From Candidatus Bathyarchaeia archaeon (lineage in GTDB: Archaea; Thermoproteota; Bathyarchaeia; Bathyarchaeales; Bathycorpusculaceae): DNA of 64,000 nt. Shown in pieces: positions 52,368 through 63,200 of this stretch. Location: the NCBI GenBank assembly GCA_049512075.1, contig JBEKXL010000014.1, positions 1 to 64,000 of the forward strand, given 5' to 3'. A program made the translations under genes and the position numbers. The notes under the pieces are model-generated. The model made no database searches, had not been told where the DNA came from, and saw only the letters and a program-made list of their open reading frames with translations. The number at the start of each line of letters is the position of its first letter. The first letter of the stretch is position 1.

Positions 52368-53363
52368 GTGGGTCGCACTCGATTGCTAGTCATTGTAAGT
52401 CTTCTTTGCTTTTTCCCACTTTTTTCGTCCAATCTCCCAAAAGCAAGGGCTGACGGAGTTGGATTCATTTACATCAGAGCAGATGGGTCGATAGATCCTT
52501 CAACCGCCCCAATTCAGCGTAACACAGACTACTACGTTCTAACTCAAGATATTTACAGCAAGTCGATAGTGGTTCAGAAAGACAATATTGTGATAGACGG
52601 CAAAGGATACTCCATGCACGGACCTGATGATACCGACTCTGCCGCAATGAACCTTTCCAGTAGACAAGGAGTGACAGTGGAAAACCTGAGAATATCAGGG
52701 TTCGGTTACTTGGTAGCCGCAGAAGGTAGCCAGGGAAACCATATCTTCCACAACAACTTTCTCGACCAGCCCAACAAGATATCGGGCGGAGCCAACTCAT
52801 GGGATAACGGAATAGAAGGTAACTATTGGGGCGATAGACAAAGCCAAGATGACTTTTCGGGAGCCTCTCAGAACATTACTGGAAGCGACGGAATAGCAGA
52901 CGCTCCTATAAGACTTGATGAAGACAATCGCGACAACTATCCACTTATGGGCAATTACTCCGTTCACAACGTCACAAAACAAAGCGAAGAATACAACGTA
53001 TCTGCCATAAGCAACTCAAACATAACATCTCTCACTTACGATTTGAACCAAACAATCATACTCCAAATATCCAACAACTCCGAAAATCTCGAGTTCTGCA
53101 GACTAGAAATCCCTAAGGCCTTGCTTGCTCCACCTTACATAATCCTAATAGACGATGGACAAACCCCCATTGTATACTACAATGACAATCTGGCAGATAA
53201 TGGCACAGATCGATGGATATACTTCTCATATCAACACTCAAACCACTTGGTGAAAATAATAATACCCGAGTTTTCAGCGGTAATCACACTACTGCTGTTA
53301 TCCACCCTTTCCGTACTGGTAATCAGTTTGAAGCTTAAACTCAAACGTAAGAAGCATTTCTGA
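52368..53363 (+). CDS. Secreted NosD/CASH-type beta-helix protein with a PEF-CTERM-like tail
   Basis: IYIRADGSIDP, NIVIDGKG, NHIFHNNF..NSWDNG.EGNYW, DNYPLM, IIPEFSAV + TM + basic tail. Confidence 0.82.
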   Translation: MGRTRLLVIVSLLCFFPLFSSNLPKARADGVGFIYIRADGSIDPSTAPIQRNTDYYVLTQDIYSKSIVVQKDNIVIDGKGYSMHGPDDTDSAAMNLSSRQGVTVENLRISGFGYLVAAEGSQGNHIFHNNFLDQPNKISGGANSWDNGIEGNYWGDRQSQDDFSGASQNITGSDGIADAPIRLDEDNRDNYPLMGNYSVHNVTKQSEEYNVSAISNSNITSLTYDLNQTIILQISNNSENLEFCRLEIPKALLAPPYIILIDDGQTPIVYYNDNLADNGTDRWIYFSYQHSNHLVKIIIPEFSAVITLLLLSTLSVLVISLKLKLKRKKHF

Positions 53364-53480
53364 CGCGTTCAGGCGCGCTTTTTGAAACGATGTATACGAC
53401 GCGTTCGCATATTGCAACTAGATATAAGTTGCTACCCATGAACTGGTCAAGCAGTCGCGCGGGTTCTGGTGCATGATTGA

Positions 53481-53747
53481 ATGACGAAGAAATGTGTTGT
53501 GCGGCGGATGATGGTTCGATGTGTTGCACATCGGATGATGAAGACTTTTGACGATTTCAAGATTTCAACGATATTTCTTTGGATTGGTCTTTCCTTGTTG
53601 GCATGTGGATTAATCGCGATGATAGGCGATAGTGTCGTCATGTCCTTAGATTCGAACATCTTTGCATTTGGTCAAAATCTTTGTATGGTCGCAATAGCTA
53701 TTCTTTTTGTTCGAGTGGTTCTTATTCTGGTTGAACATAAACATTAA
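53481..53747 (+). CDS. Passenger: small two-TM membrane protein
   Basis: Two hydrophobic helices; start uncertain. Confidence 0.5.
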   Translation: MTKKCVVRRMMVRCVAHRMMKTFDDFKISTIFLWIGLSLLACGLIAMIGDSVVMSLDSNIFAFGQNLCMVAIAILFVRVVLILVEHKH

Positions 53748-54627
53748 CAGTAATGCCCTGATTTTCTTCTCTCTTCTTACGCCACATTAAGACGTATTCC
53801 GCAATAATAAAAGGAAACCCTACACCTGCAATCGCCATCAAAACGATTCCTGTTATTGAAAGAGAATGCCCTAGCTGTATCTTTGCGTCTATGTTAGAGA
53901 CGCTCTTATCTTGTGGATACCCTGTGGAATTTAGCATCTCACAAGGATACTGAGCACTTGGATATTTGAACAAAGTCGAGTTTCTAATCTGTTGAATGTC
54001 TGCGCTTGTAACACCGCCTAGGAACGTGCCAGTTGTTATTCCAAAATAATCTGGTATTCCTTGCGAAAAAAGACTGAATCCAATATTGATTGTGTTTTGT
54101 GAACCTAGGAGAATTTGAAGTGCGGGTATTCCGTTAGGGTCTATTAATTCGAAAGCGTAAGAATTGAAATTTCTATCCCAGATTAACATACTGTTCGGTT
54201 CGACGGCATGCCATTGGTTATCTATTACATTGACAAGGGTTTCATTGTTGGCATTTTTGATAGTGGCTGAAACGCAGAGTTGATTATTTGTTAGGTTGAT
54301 TTGAACAGGGAATTGTACTGTTTGATTACCCACTTCAATATGTACGAATCTTGTAAGGTCAATACCGTTAACAAGCTCTGAATAGGTATATGATGTTCCC
54401 ATTCCCCCTAACCAAAGGTCAAATGGTTCTGACGTATTAATAACGAAAGGCGATGTTAATTGTCCTCTTACAGCGGTAAGAAGATTCGCTTTTTCGTTTT
54501 GCCCGTCTGGAATAAGTACGGTGTTTCCGTAATCATTGAAGATAGCACCTAAGATTAGAAATAAACCTAAAATAACGCTGGCTATGATTAGAACTGCAAG
54601 CTTTCTTGACTTCTTTCTTCTAGGCAT
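53722..54627 (-). CDS. Passenger: membrane protein with N- and C-terminal TMs and an extracytoplasmic beta domain
   Basis: TM...WDRNFNSYAFELID.NG.PALQI...LFKYPS...TM; lower GC than the flanking DNA. Confidence 0.75.
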   Translation of the reverse strand: MPRRKKSRKLAVLIIASVILGLFLILGAIFNDYGNTVLIPDGQNEKANLLTAVRGQLTSPFVINTSEPFDLWLGGMGTSYTYSELVNGIDLTRFVHIEVGNQTVQFPVQINLTNNQLCVSATIKNANNETLVNVIDNQWHAVEPNSMLIWDRNFNSYAFELIDPNGIPALQILLGSQNTINIGFSLFSQGIPDYFGITTGTFLGGVTSADIQQIRNSTLFKYPSAQYPCEMLNSTGYPQDKSVSNIDAKIQLGHSLSITGIVLMAIAGVGFPFIIAEYVLMWRKKREENQGITVNVYVQPE

Positions 54628-54639
54628 TCAGTCACGGTA

Positions 54640-54792
54640 CTATGTAGGTTTACAGTTCCTTATCCAAAGATCCATTGCTTCTTCTATGGCTTCTGTGATG
54701 TTGCCTTTGTGCATTCCTTTACATTTGAATACGGCGTTTCTGAATTTTTCGTCTAATTCGTCATTTATCAGGACGGTTAGTTTTTTGGGCAT
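54640..54792 (-). CDS. Passenger: 50-aa ribbon-helix-helix regulator (not in the ORF track)
   Basis: MPKKLTVLINDELDEKFRNAVFKCKGMHKGNITEAIEEAMDLWIRNCKPT*; GGTGA upstream; divergent from the transposase. Confidence 0.75.
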   Translation of the reverse strand: MPKKLTVLINDELDEKFRNAVFKCKGMHKGNITEAIEEAMDLWIRNCKPT

Positions 54793-54905
54793 GTTTGTTT
54801 CACCATCCTATCCTATACAGTTATGCGTATTTAAGCTTTGCCGTTAAACCGTAAAGCTTATATCTGGTGTTGTATATACAGTAATACGGCAATACGGTGA
54901 TAGAA

Positions 54906-56054
54906 ATGGCAACATCACTCACAACCACAAGAGAAGAACGCGGTGAAACAATCGCCAAACTCTCTAACCAAATACAGAGAGCAGATGAGAACTTTTACAC
55001 GGTCAAATCTCAAAGTGGAAACGGAAAATACGCAGTAACTAAGGTTGACGATGAATGGCTGTGCGAGTGTCCTGATAACAAATACCGAAAAGTAAAATGT
55101 AAACACATTTTTGCAGTTGAGTTTTCCAAATCATTCAGAGCAGAAGTAGCAGTAACCAGAGTGATTCGAGAAGTTAATGTTAATGTCTGCAAGTTCTGTG
55201 GTTCAGAACGCATAGTCAAGAACGCTGTAAGACGCAACTTGAATGGACATATTCAGAAGTACAAGTGCAAGGTTTGTGGGCGACAGTTTTCGATAAACTT
55301 GGGTTTTGAAAAGGTGAAAGCTACACCGCAAATAGTTACTTCTGCAATGCAACTCTATTTCACAGGAGAATCGTTAAGAAATGTACAGAAGTTCTTGAAG
55401 CTTCAAGGCGTGACAGTTGAACATACAACCGTTCTGCGCTGGATAAGAAAATACGTGAAACTGATGAACAGTTACCTAGAACAGATTCAGCCTAATGTTT
55501 CTGATACTTGGAGAGCAGACGAACTTTACGTAAAAATCAAGGGCGATCTCAAATATCTATTCGCAGTCATGGATGACGAAACAAGGTTCTGGATAGCTCA
55601 AGAGGTAGCCGAAACAAAAGATCAGCATGACGCTAGAACCCTATTCTCCAAAGCTAAATATCTAATGGGCAAGGCACCAAAAACGATAGTGACAGATGGA
55701 TTGAGAACGTATTCAAGGGCGAGCCAAGAAGTCTATCCCTTAGCAGATCATGTGAAGCACATTCGATTGCAGGGTGACATGAACAACAACAAGATGGAAA
55801 GGATGAATGGTGAAGTCAGAGATCGTGAGAAGGTTATGCGCGGATTAAAGAAGGTTGATACGCCAATTCTCAAGGGCTACCAAATCTTTCACAACTATAT
55901 CAGACCACATGAAAGCCTAGAAGGAAAAACTCCGAGCGAGGTTTGTGGAATAATAGTACAAGGGCAAAACAAGTGGATAACTTTAATACAAAATGCAGTA
56001 AAACAGAATAGGAGTGCATCATCCGACATGCAACACGAAGGAGTGTCATCCTAA
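54906..56054 (+). CDS. IS6-family DDE transposase with N-terminal SWIM and IS1-like Zn-ribbon domains
   Basis: CECPD...CKH (SWIM); CKFC...YKCKVC; WRADELYVKI..YLFAVMD, VTDG, NNKMER, HNYIRPH. Confidence 0.92.
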   Translation: MATSLTTTREERGETIAKLSNQIQRADENFYTVKSQSGNGKYAVTKVDDEWLCECPDNKYRKVKCKHIFAVEFSKSFRAEVAVTRVIREVNVNVCKFCGSERIVKNAVRRNLNGHIQKYKCKVCGRQFSINLGFEKVKATPQIVTSAMQLYFTGESLRNVQKFLKLQGVTVEHTTVLRWIRKYVKLMNSYLEQIQPNVSDTWRADELYVKIKGDLKYLFAVMDDETRFWIAQEVAETKDQHDARTLFSKAKYLMGKAPKTIVTDGLRTYSRASQEVYPLADHVKHIRLQGDMNNNKMERMNGEVRDREKVMRGLKKVDTPILKGYQIFHNYIRPHESLEGKTPSEVCGIIVQGQNKWITLIQNAVKQNRSASSDMQHEGVSS

Positions 56055-56292
56055 AATGCACCAGAACCGTCGCGCGCGCCAAAACAAAAGGTGTACGCGA
56101 GTTAGTAGGCGGGGAAGCGCGCGCTGAACGGGTGACCTATAGCGATTCCTACTCCAAAATTCAGAAAAGTTGGGGTTGGATCTTTCGACAGACTGACCTT
56201 GTCAGTGTTTTCCAGGGTCGTTCGTTTGGGTATCATCAAGGATTCGAGGTGAGAAGTAGATCCATTCTTCTCACTCTTTGATTTCCGAACGG

Positions 56293-57273
56293 TTAGGGAC
56301 CGTTGTTCGCTTTGGCCACTTCGTAGAAGGCAGGTCTTGGTTGTCCCGTGGACGGGTTTCGAACGTTGTAGTGACGACTGTCGACCAGTGTTCCGTACTG
56401 ACAGATCAGAGCGGTATCTATTCCTCTCGCTTTAAACATCGAAATTTGGCTTACAACAGAGGCTCTTTGCGTTTCATCGTTTGACGAGTCTGCACCGTAC
56501 TCAGTTATCTCCATGCTCTTTTGGTGGCTTTTTGCAGCGCTGACGAAAGCGTCGAGAGACGCTACCGTTTGATACGCGGGATACCAGTTTGACGCCAAAT
56601 AGTCGCATATCTGGTACAGTTGAGGCCAATTGCTCCAGTTGTGTGCTGTGAATGAATAAGCGCCAAACCTTATCGTGACAGGCTTGCTTGTCAAGGCCTT
56701 TACTGCAGCGGCGGTTTCGACGAAGAGCGCTCGATAACTTGTCTGCAAGGAGGACGTGTCTGCCCACGGCTCGTTGAACAGCTGCCAGCTTTTGATGTTC
56801 GGAACTGCCGAAAGATACTGAACCACATGCTTCTCCATGTTGATCCACTGCGCTTTGGCAGTAGAGGTAGTGGCAACTTTGTCGAAAGTTCCAGAGAACC
56901 AATAAGGCAAACCATAGCGTTTGTAGCTTCCGCAGCCCGAGTGAAAATCGATGTCCACCAGTAACCCGTATTCATTGGCGATCAAGCACAATTTCTTCAC
57001 TCTTGCAAGAAAGGCATCGTCATAGGATGATGATGACCTCGGCTGCACTTTGTACCAATGCAACCAGAGACAAATCAAGGTAATGTTGTTTTGTTTGAAG
57101 CGTGCGAAGTCACTTCTCAGATGAGTTTCGGTGTCCGAATAGCTCCAGCCTGACGAGCTATAGTCAACGCCGTATCTTTGAACGGTAGTCAAAGCTTTGA
57201 CTGGAGACATAAACGACATCAGCGGGACAGTCAATGCCAAAGCAACTAGTAGCAGCGTTAAGCTTTTTTTCAC
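56293..57273 (-). CDS. Secreted clan GH-A hydrolase (GH5/GH42-like)
   Basis: Signal peptide; LHWYKVQP; WQLFNEP; ITEYG. Paralog of 38900-39817. Confidence 0.82.
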   Translation of the reverse strand: MKKSLTLLLVALALTVPLMSFMSPVKALTTVQRYGVDYSSSGWSYSDTETHLRSDFARFKQNNITLICLWLHWYKVQPRSSSSYDDAFLARVKKLCLIANEYGLLVDIDFHSGCGSYKRYGLPYWFSGTFDKVATTSTAKAQWINMEKHVVQYLSAVPNIKSWQLFNEPWADTSSLQTSYRALFVETAAAVKALTSKPVTIRFGAYSFTAHNWSNWPQLYQICDYLASNWYPAYQTVASLDAFVSAAKSHQKSMEITEYGADSSNDETQRASVVSQISMFKARGIDTALICQYGTLVDSRHYNVRNPSTGQPRPAFYEVAKANNGP

Positions 57274-58319
57274 TTTTCCATCTCCATTTGGTTTTCTGAG
57301 GAGTTATCGAAAACGAGCCTTAATTGCATTTTTGAAAAGCAGTTTTTGACTGTTTGTCAAGTATCTGGCGCAAGAAAAACAGTGTCATTTTGAATCGAAT
57401 GATAAACTGCCCGCTCAAAGTCAAGCCATTCGATGAAAAGCAATGTGAAAAACTTTCGTTTCTGGCTCGTGCAAACCAAGAATGCACAGCTTTTTCCGCC
57501 AATTCGCGCGCGCGTATAATGTGCACGCGGGCCGTGTTGAAAGTAGTGGAAGATAACTCCATAAACCTATACGACCTAACGCGCGCTAAGGCCACTATAT
57601 AGCTGAGCTTTTTGCAAAGAGCACTTGACTATTTGCTTAACTGCACTTGTCAAGAACCCTTAAGGCTTCCTCACTAGCACTATCAAGTGGTAATCAAATT
57701 GCGAAAACTACCCTTCATGGCGCGCTTGTTCGTCCTGCCCATTGGGATTATGTTAGGGATTATAGGCTGGGGCCTTTCCTTTACTGAGGAACAAAAAGAT
57801 CAAACGCACAGACGTTGCCTCAACAGTCGTTAGCACGCCATCACAACGAATATGGCGCTTTTTTCTGGAAAATTCCACACGGCGAGGTCTAGGACCCTGT
57901 TTTGCTCGCCAGCGCTCGCGCGCGCCTTTTGGAACTGGTATTTTCATGCAAAAGACAAAGACAGACTTCTCAAACCAGAGAATAAAGAGGAGCTTCCACA
58001 GGATCCAGATGCTCCAAAATGCAATTATCATGCTTTTTCAGGAGAACATGGTATTGCAGCAGAGAGAAGATTCCAAAAGAAGTCTGTCTTCAGACTTAAA
58101 GGAAGTTCGGCTAAAATTGCCTTCCAAGACGTATCATGGAGAAACGTCTAATAGAACAAGCCAGACAAGAAAATCGAAAGTATTCCGGCAGTAGCAGAAG
58201 CAGAAATTGCAATCCACGTGATCCAGGCAAAAGATGGACAGCCCCAGATGTATGGAAAGAAGACACTTGATCATAACCTTTAGATTATCTACGTGATAAC
58301 ATCAAAGCGCGCCAAGGGG

Positions 58320-59858
58320 TTAGGGGTCGTCTTGCCCGTATCGTACAGCCAGAAGGACAAGATCTTGAAGGCGCACTATGCCATCATTGTTCACGTCTGC
58401 GTTGGGGTTCCAATTTGGCGAGGGTGGTTCTCCTTGGTAATGGTAGTTGGCGCGGTGTGAACCATAAGCGTTTGCCAAAATGGCTTGCGTATGCGCTACT
58501 TCATATCCAGTCTCTCCTGACGTGGCAATGTTGCCAGCCTTGTCATGTGCAACTATCACATAGGAAACATTCGTGCCACAACACAAAGCAGGGAGAGTGC
58601 AATTCCACCTGTCTTGTTCGATGTTTGTCATGTTTATAGAAGTTTGCACAGTGCCATTGACTGTGCAGTTCAGAATCACCGATCCTACGCCGCTGGACGC
58701 ATCTGTGACTGACGCATTAACTCTAACTTCACGATTAGGCCCGACGTTATCTGCGGAAGGGCTCTGAGATACATCATTAATGTCGGGGGGTACATTCTCC
58801 ATCAAAAAGAACGCTGGCCTAGGATCCCCCTGGAGGTTTAATGCCAAATTGTAGCCTTTGCCTGGTCCAAGTGGGTCACCAAGTTCATAATCTGCTCTCC
58901 AGTACCCTGGAAAGCAAACTGTGACCCCTTTTTCTTTGAAGAGTTGCAGGTATCCGCTATACTTGCCCGCTTGAAGTTGGCCATCGTCACTACTGTAGCC
59001 AAACTCGCTGATCCAAACAGGCTTATGGGCAGAAACATTCTCCCTTACTTTACTAAAGTTCTCATCAGAACAGTGTTCTTCATACCAGTTTAGCGATATG
59101 TAATCACACAGATCGAATATCCTAGAATCCAGCCCAAAATCATCAAGAAGAGTTTCTGCCCCAAATCTTATCGAAATTTGCTTTGTTGATTGCGCTTTGA
59201 TGACATTCCTCATTTCCGACCACAATTCAATGAATTCGTTAACTGTAACATTGCACGCCCAATCTCCAATAGCGGGTTCATTCATCATTTGCCAACTATG
59301 GATGTTTTCCATGTCGTCCAAGTAGGCCGTGCAATTTCCAAGAAAATCCAGCCATGCCTGTCTCGCCGCATTGTTTTTCAATACTGTTTCAAACTTTCTT
59401 GGTGAAAGCCAAACTGGCATTGTCCAGCTAGGGTTTCCATACTCCGTGAGATTTTTCATCATCGTGTGAAAATCTATGATCACTGAAAGATTGTACTCTG
59501 AGGCAATGCGACACACTCTCTTGATATCATCAAGTGCTGCATAGTTGTATGCACAATATTCGGGTTCAAGGTACTTCCGAACAGCGACCAAGCTGACATA
59601 TTCAAGTTCCTGCTCTTTGAAGAGTTTAAAGTCCCTATCAGTTGTTTCATTGAGGTAATGAGGTTCGTAGTGCCAGTTGGTCGAGAGATAGTTTATTCCA
59701 AATCTCATATCAGTACCGTTCACACTTTCGTTAGGCGCGGTATAGCTGGGTCAGATTGTTCCGAAAATTTCAACATTTAACGTCAGCGTTAGTAAGCAAA
59801 TAAATAGCACGATGAATTTAGTCGAGATCACTGAAGTGAGTGTTTTCGTAGTTTTCAA
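58320..59858 (-). pseudogene. GH-A hydrolase + Ig + half dockerin, with an in-frame TGA just after the signal peptide
   Basis: TTG 59858 gives MKTTKTLTSVISTKFIVLFICLLTLTLNVEIFGTI*PSYTAPNESVNGTD (TGA at 59751-59753). WQMMNEP and ISEFG are present; only the second dockerin repeat remains. Confidence 0.7.
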
Positions 59859-60276
59859 ACCTCTGGAAAATCCACCAAGCCTTATGTTGTTTTTTCTACT
59901 TTAGGGTTACTGTATAGCGCGTGCTGCAGTTATCTGCATGATAACCTCACTTTCAAACATCAGGAAATTCGGTGGACAGTAGGTGGCTGAAAATCCTATT
60001 TGGTTGCATTGCCTTCGCAAAACAACCCAATACGAGCATCCAACCTGATATACTTTGTCTTACCAGTTCGACGATCTGGCAAATGCCTAGTGAAGAAGGG
60101 GCATTCTGATTTGTGATTTAGTGCGTGTGTAAACATTCGCTCAGCTTGAACGTGGCCTCAATAATTCCGCACTTGACATTAGATCGAAGTTATGAGATAA
60201 GTTTACGCAAGAATAGAACATAGTTCCATATACTTTTTTTAAGAAGAAAAAAGCAATGATTGTTGGAGAAGGAGAG

Positions 60277-63200
60277 ATGACCAAGAGGAGATATTGGTTT
60301 AATAGTCCAGAGCAGTTTCTGGGCGTGGTAATGGTTGCAGTAATTCTTTCAAGTTTCTTTTTATCATCTTCTTCACTGTTCATTGAAGTTGCTAGTGCAG
60401 CACCAACCACGGTGACGCTCGCGCCTAAATGGACTAAAAGCGGCCTTGGCGATGGTTTGTGGGAAGGTGGCGTTGTCATAGGAGATGTTGTTAAGAGTAC
60501 TCCAGGTGAAGAAGTCGTTTTCGCCACGGATTATAATGGAGGGACAGTCTATTGCTTAAATGGACAGACAGGAGCAACAATATGGACTTATCGTGACAGC
60601 TCCATATACGCGTACGCGCAGACAACTCTCTACGATCTTGACGGCGATGGGAATCTTGAGGTTTGCGTTCCGCTCTACTACGTTCCTGGACTGCTTGTTT
60701 TACGGTCGAACGGAGCGCTTTGGTGGAGGACCACAATAGCAAATGCGGGAACTACCATGGGATCCTTTGCCGCTGCGGATGTTAACCACGATGGGAAACT
60801 CGAGATTTTCCATGGTTCACAGAACGTTGAAGCTGGTGCCGATGGGAAATTCGTCGGTCGGATCACGAAGCTGAGCTATGATGGCAAGATACTGGCGCAG
60901 ACGTTCAACTGGAGAGCATGTTCAGGAGGCGTGTCAATCGCAGACGCTGACCATGACGGCGTTTTTGAGATTTACACGGGAGATCGTGACATGTACATGA
61001 ACGATGGTAACTATGGCAGAGGCGTTAGGTCCTTCTGGGCTGACAACTTGACCGAGAGATGGTGCATGCCTGATGTTCTTTCGAGCAGTCAGTGTCCAGT
61101 TCTCGCTGATGTAAACGGTGATGGAGTGCTTGATGTGATCGTAAGTGACATGTCGGGCGGAGTCTTGGTTCTCAACTCAACAAGCGGCAGCGCCAAACCT
61201 TTGCCATTCAGGAAGACCGGGTCAATAGGTGTACCAGGTCATTATCAAACAACCGTTTGTGACATAGACGGTGACGGCCATCTGGAAATGATCGCAGCAG
61301 ACGGGACGCATAGCAATAGCCGGATTGCAAACTACTCCGACAAGTTTGTGATATATGATCTCGTAACCGGAGTTATCGAAAAGGAACTGGTTGTCGGTCA
61401 ATGCAAGTTCTCCCCGACGGTTGCTGACTTGAACGGTGATGGCAAATTGGACATCATTGCATGTAACATGACTGCAATAATCGTTTTCACATACGACAAC
61501 GGAAACTACGTGAAGATAGGTGAGCGAGGGAATCTGCTTAGTGGACTCATGTATGCCATGGTGCAGGACATTGACAACGATGGCCTTCTTGAGGTTGTTG
61601 TTTCAAGGGGAAGCGGTTCAAGTGCTGTGGTTTACGCTTTCGATACAACTGCGCCTAAGCCAGCCCAGAGAGCAAGGTCTGAAATCAAATGGTACAGCGA
61701 ATACCGGAGAGGAGTCGCTGAATACGTAGCTCCCCCAGGCGCGTCAAGCAAAATGTCTAGCGCGGTACAATCTGATTCATCTGTGCAAGGTCTGTCTGTA
61801 TCAAGCTCTGAAAAAACCGCGGCTGAATCGATGATTACAGCGCAAGATGTTTTAGATTCTTTCGGAAAAACTGACCAAGGCGGGAGTACATCAAATCTTG
61901 CTCAGTACTGGTATGGGAGTAGGTACCAGATTTCAGAGGATGGAACGGCTAGCAGCATAAGCCTCTACGTTTCGGAGAGGAATGGTGAAAACAGGCCTTT
62001 GAAGGTAGCCATCTACCAAGACAGTAGTGGTGTGCCAACCACCCTTCTAGCCCAAGGAGTCAGCACGATTCCCGCTAGTTTCACAGGCTGGTTCACAGTA
62101 TCTTTATCATCCTATCCAGACTTGTCTGCTAACAACTACTATTGGCTGGTTGCTAATGCCATAGCTTCCAGCAAGACCGTTAGGTTCTACTACAGCTCTG
62201 GAGCCACAAATCAAGGAGTCTACGGCACCACGACTTATGCGAGCTTTCCCACAAATCCATGTGTCTATTCAAACCGCAATAATCGCGCATACAGCATTTA
62301 CTGCAACTATGAACCAATCTCCAATGGAGGACAAGGTGGAGTTCTGACTCGCCTAGCGAATGGCGATCTAGAATGCAACGCAACAAACGCTGGAAACTCC
62401 CAAGTCTTCAACTGGTATGTCAACGACTACAAGAATCCAACCACTTCGACTCCGGAGTCATTGACTAGGTTATTGCTGACCTTCGACAACAACGACCCCA
62501 ATGCCGTGCAGGACTACTCGTCGTATGGCAACAACGGCCTGGTACACGGCGCGACTTGGACAAGCGAGCATGGCGGTGCATACGTTTTCGACGGCCAATT
62601 TGACTACATCATGATTCCAGATGGAGGCTCAGGATACTTCAATGGCTACCCGCAACCACGAACAGGCGATCTGATGTCAGACGGCAACAAGTCTGAGATG
62701 TCACTGGAAATGTGGGTTTACCTCCCACAGAATCAAACTGACGTCAGATTCGTCTCCAAGATACCCAGCTATGAGATAGGCATAGGGACAGACGGTAGAC
62801 TGTTCGCAGGAGTCTTCAGACAAAGAGGTAACGATGATACCGAGTTAGGGTACCTTGGCTACACTTCCGTCAAAACGTCCACGGCACTCAACCTCAACAG
62901 CTGGCAACACGTTGCATTAACATACAAGGATGGTGTTGGACTGAAATTGTTCTTGAACGGAGTAATGGTCGCATCGGCTAATGCGCAAGGCAACATCCAC
63001 TGCAGCAGCGGCGTAGCGCTCATGATAGGCTGGTTCGACTATTTCAAAGGTATGATCGACGACGTAAGACTGTACAGCCAATGCTTGTCGGATCAGCAGA
63101 TAAACCAACACTATCTGGAACAAAGTTGGACCAACAGGTCGATAATAAAATCTGAAGCAACGAGAGGACAAGAAAAATGGAAGTGTATGGTGATCGAGAA

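Larger units (their letters stand above)
53462..56068. mobile_element. Complete IS6-family element with passenger genes (2607 bp)
   Basis: TIR GGTTCTGGTGCAT (53462-53474) and ATGCACCAGAACC (56056-56068); 8-bp direct repeat GTCGCGCG at 53454-53461 and 56069-56076. Confidence 0.92.

Noticed and set aside
57300-58310. Small ORFs or another MITE between the (GC)n tracts
   Set aside because: No convincing TIR pair or recognisable protein motif.
59751-59753. In-frame TGA as selenocysteine
   Set aside because: It lies in a non-catalytic linker after a signal peptide, in a gene that has also lost half its dockerin.
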